DNA of 64,000 nucleotides from Asaia bogorensis (GTDB lineage Bacteria > Pseudomonadota > Alphaproteobacteria > Acetobacterales > Acetobacteraceae). Below the pieces are notes generated by a model, which searched no databases, was not told the DNA's origin, and saw nothing but the letters and a program-made list of their open reading frames with translations. The position numbers and the translations under genes are program-made. Where the stretch lies: positions 4,580 through 68,579 of the forward strand of contig CAMCJI010000001.1 in the NCBI GenBank assembly GCA_945874805.1, given 5' to 3'. Below, piece by piece: positions 61,414-64,000 of this stretch; position 1 is the stretch's first letter, and each line of letters starts with the position of its first letter.

Positions 61414-61430
61414 CAATCGAGGGGACGGAT

Positions 61431-61805
61431 ATGTCGGACGACAATCGGGCGATCGAGGCGGTTTTGCAGACCTATTTCGACGGGCTGTACGAAGGCGATG
61501 TCGGCAAGCTGGGCTCGGTGTTTCATGAGACCGCCGATCTGCGCAGCGTGGCGGCCGACGGGTCGTTGACGGTTTTGCCGAAGGGGCCCTGGCTGGAGGC
61601 GGTGGCCGGGCGGCCTTCGTCGAAGAGCCGGGATCTGCCGCGGCATGACTGGGTGATCACCATCGACCGGTCCGGGCCGGCGACGGCGTTTGCCAAGGTG
61701 AACTGCCAGATTCCGCCGCGCTATTTCACCGATTATCTGGTGCTGGCCAAGCTGGCGGGCGGGTGGATCATCGTCTCCAAGACGTTCCACACCGACACGC
61801 GCTGA
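61431..61805 (+). CDS. NTF2-like (SnoaL/lumazine-binding-like) small protein
   Basis: 124 aa from ATG 61431, with GAGGGGA upstream. IEAVLQTYFDGLYEGDVGKL...DYLVLAKLAGGWIIVSKTF is typical of NTF2-fold proteins. It is probably the last gene of the ABC operon. Confidence 0.55.
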   Translation: MSDDNRAIEAVLQTYFDGLYEGDVGKLGSVFHETADLRSVAADGSLTVLPKGPWLEAVAGRPSSKSRDLPRHDWVITIDRSGPATAFAKVNCQIPPRYFTDYLVLAKLAGGWIIVSKTFHTDTR

Positions 61806-61827
61806 ATTCCGGACGCAGGTCTGCGAC

Positions 61828-62478
61828 TCACCCGGCGGCGATTTTTCGTCGGATGAGGTTGAGGTTGGGGATCGGCAGGGGGAAGTGCGGTGGCAGGGGG
61901 CCGTAATGGGCCTTCAGCTCCGCCCCTGTCATCGCCTCGATCTGCCGGCGGGTGAAGCCGCGGGCGGGGGTCTGCCGGAGCCTCGGAGGGGCCGCCGGTT
62001 TTGCCGGGCGCGGTTTGCGCGGGCGCCGGGGCAGTTTCAGCCAGTCCGGCGGGGTGACGCCGAAGATGCGGCAGAGGGGGCGGAGAATCCGCCCGGCCTG
62101 GGGGGCCGCGGCCACGAGGGCGCGCGCTTCGTCCGGCTGTTCCCAAAGCATATGGGCGAGCGGGCCGGCACCGGCCTGGGCGGCGGGCACGAGCTTGCCG
62201 AGCCAGCCGAAGCGGGCGGGCAGGCGCAAAGCGGGTGTGGGCGCCTTGCGGGCGGTGGCCGGGCGCGGGGCGCGCAGGCGGGGGGTGGGGAGCTGGTCGC
62301 GCTCCCAGGCCAGGACCAGCCGGTCGAACCGGGCGATCAGGCGCCACATGCGGCGCAGCACGAGGCTCAGCAACGGCATCGGAACGAGGTAGTGACGCCC
62401 GAGATGGGCGTTCACCGGGCTCGCCGCCACCGTGAAGGCGGTCCAGAGGCGACGGGCGAGGGTGGTAATCGGTGACAT
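61828..62478 (-). CDS. hypothetical Arg/Pro-rich protein
   Basis: 216 aa from ATG 62478, or a TTG start at 62514. Nearly every codon in this frame ends in G/C, which supports this frame over the other open frames here. I recognise no family. Confidence 0.5.
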   Translation of the reverse strand: MSPITTLARRLWTAFTVAASPVNAHLGRHYLVPMPLLSLVLRRMWRLIARFDRLVLAWERDQLPTPRLRAPRPATARKAPTPALRLPARFGWLGKLVPAAQAGAGPLAHMLWEQPDEARALVAAAPQAGRILRPLCRIFGVTPPDWLKLPRRPRKPRPAKPAAPPRLRQTPARGFTRRQIEAMTGAELKAHYGPLPPHFPLPIPNLNLIRRKIAAG

Positions 62479-62555
62479 GATGTCGTTATAAGTGACATCA
62501 ACGGCGCGCGTCAACCGATATAGCTAACTTCTTCTAACAGTTCGTCGACTCTGGA

Positions 62556-63902
62556 TTACCGGGACGCGGCGAGTGCGGCCTCCACTCCGGCGGCGATGGC
62601 GAACAGGCGGGCGTCGGCCATTGGCGGGGCCATCAGCATCAGGCCGACCGGCGCCTCCCCATGGCGGTGGGCCGGCAGGGAAATCGCGCAGGCATCGAGG
62701 AAATTGCCGATGGCGGGGTTGCGCAGTTGCAGCAGGTTGATGCGATTGTATTCACCCTCCTCGTCCAGCGCGGCGATGGCGGGGGGGATCAGCGGGCAGG
62801 TGGGCAGCATCAGCGCGTCATACTCGGCGGTGCTGGCGTGGAAGCGGCGGATGATGTCCGCACGGGCGGCCAGAAGGTCGATATAATCGGCCGCCGAGAT
62901 GCTCTCCCCGCGCATGATCCGCTTCTTGATCAGCGGGTCGTAGCCCTCGCCGCGCCGGGCCAGCAATTGGCGGTGCCAGGCATAGGATTCTGCCGCCGCG
63001 AAACCGCCGGTCGCATTCGCGCGGGGGATTTCGTTGATCTCCGGCAGGGTGACCGGGGTGATGCGGGCGCCGGCAGCCGAAAGCGTGGCGAGCGCGCGCT
63101 CGAAGGCGGCGGCCACCGTGCTGTCCATCCCGTCGAGCACGAAATTCAGCGGGACGGCGAGGCGCAGGCCCTCCACGGCGGCGACAACCCGGGCGGGGAG
63201 CGGCTGGCCGGCGAAGATCGCGTCCACCGCCGCACAGCAGGCCACCGAGTTCGCCAGTGGGCCGATGGAGTCGAGCGAGGTGGAGAGCGGCAGCACGCCG
63301 GTGATCGGCACGCGCCTGGCGGTGGGCTTGAAGCCGACAATGCCGCACATCGCCGCCGGCACGCGGCAGGAGCCGCCGGTATCGGTGCCGAGCCCGGCCG
63401 GCACCATGCCATCGGCGATCGCAACCGCCGTGCCGGAGGAGGAACCGCCGGGAATGCGGCCGGTCGCACGGTCCCACGGGCTGCGCGGCGTGCCCCAGTG
63501 CGGGTTGATGCCGAGGCCGGAAAACGCAAACTCCGTCATATTCGTGCGGCCGACGACGACAAAGCCGGCATCGAGCGCGCGCTGCACCACCGGGGCGTTG
63601 GCGGCGGCCGGCGGCGCATCGATCAGCACACGCGAGCCGGCGGGCGTGGGCTCGCCGTCGATATCCGCCAGATCCTTGATGGCGAAGGGAATGCCGGCAT
63701 AAGGGCCCGGCGCACGGCCAGCGCGGCGCAGGGCATCGATCGCATCCGCCTGGGCCAGAGCCTGGGCGCTGTGGACCCGCAGGAAGGCGCGGCCACCCTC
63801 CCCGGCAGGATCGGCAATGGCGGCCAGACTCGCCTCGACCAGCTTGCGGGAGGAGGTGCGGCCTTCGGCCAGGGCGGCGGACATCTCGGACAGGGTGCGC
63901 AT
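62556..63902 (-). CDS. amidase (amidase-signature family, GatA-like)
   Basis: 448 aa from ATG 63902. IPFAIKDL (catalytic Lys), GGSSSGTAVAIA and GTDTGGSCRVPAAMCGIVGFKPT form the AS Ser-cisSer-Lys signature. Confidence 0.85.
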   Translation of the reverse strand: MRTLSEMSAALAEGRTSSRKLVEASLAAIADPAGEGGRAFLRVHSAQALAQADAIDALRRAGRAPGPYAGIPFAIKDLADIDGEPTPAGSRVLIDAPPAAANAPVVQRALDAGFVVVGRTNMTEFAFSGLGINPHWGTPRSPWDRATGRIPGGSSSGTAVAIADGMVPAGLGTDTGGSCRVPAAMCGIVGFKPTARRVPITGVLPLSTSLDSIGPLANSVACCAAVDAIFAGQPLPARVVAAVEGLRLAVPLNFVLDGMDSTVAAAFERALATLSAAGARITPVTLPEINEIPRANATGGFAAAESYAWHRQLLARRGEGYDPLIKKRIMRGESISAADYIDLLAARADIIRRFHASTAEYDALMLPTCPLIPPAIAALDEEGEYNRINLLQLRNPAIGNFLDACAISLPAHRHGEAPVGLMLMAPPMADARLFAIAAGVEAALAASR

Positions 63903-63952
63903 TTGGGGAGGCTGCCGTGGTGGAGGGGGGAAGGCAAGGCGGGGGGAAGGGA

Positions 63953-63995
63953 AGTGTCTTCTTTTTGTGAACACAAAGAAGCAAAAATTTTGTCC
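63953..63995. repeat. third copy of the AT-rich nested-palindrome module (at window edge)
   Basis: GTGTCTTCTTTTTGTGAACACAAAGAAGCAAAAATTTTG closely matches the modules at 53795-53833 and 53943-53982. It is in the same orientation as the left module. Confidence 0.5.
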
Positions 63996-64000
63996 GTTGG

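Noticed and set aside
63905-63952. G-quadruplex in the G-tract block upstream of the amidase gene.
   Set aside because: Loops between G3+ tracts are 10-16 nt, longer than canonical definitions allow. The block appears to be the outer flank of the repeat module.

Overview
This is a high-GC chromosomal segment (G+C judged by eye, not computed). It is almost certainly from an alphaproteobacterium. Supporting markers are a MipZ division ATPase, hrcA-grpE plus dnaK-dnaJ, kdsB-pheA, yejABEF, an IMPase-type HisN, and the block rimP-nusA-ylxR(L7Ae fusion)-infB-rbfA-truB-rpsO-pnp. I call about 58 protein-coding genes and one tRNA-Thr(CGU), densely packed with many stop/start overlaps. Besides the core genes there are two paralogous phnCDEE-type ABC importers arranged head to head, a formamidase, a GT2-GtrA glycosyltransferase, and an HpnN-like MMPL pump coupled to a secreted GH42-like protein. 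Downstream of the tRNA lies a transport/catabolic neighbourhood: a HIBADH-like oxidoreductase, an enolase-superfamily enzyme, an M28-like PA-domain protein, a 5-gene Dpp/Opp-type ABC importer, an NTF2-like protein, an Arg/Pro-rich hypothetical protein and an amidase. I saw no rRNA, CRISPR array, transposase, integrase, phage genes or recognisable defence, toxin-antitoxin or secretion modules. I could not find a convincing new multi-gene system, because the window is mostly ordinary core genome. The best leads are (1) an AT-rich nested-palindrome repeat family with three copies, two of which form a MITE-like inverted pair; (2) an M28-like protein whose catalytic Glu-Glu dyad reads His-Ser; (3) an intrinsic-terminator-like hairpin in the rimP-nusA-infB leader; (4) a G10/C7 homopolymer hairpin between dapB and metK; (5) the mirror-duplicated phn-type transporters; and (6) a 1190-codon antisense ORF across dnaK-dnaJ, which is probably a codon-usage artefact. 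The ORF track writes GTG/TTG starts as M and often over-extends N-termini. I re-picked starts where an RBS, a signal peptide or homology logic supported it. All family assignments come from motif recognition by eye, not from searches.
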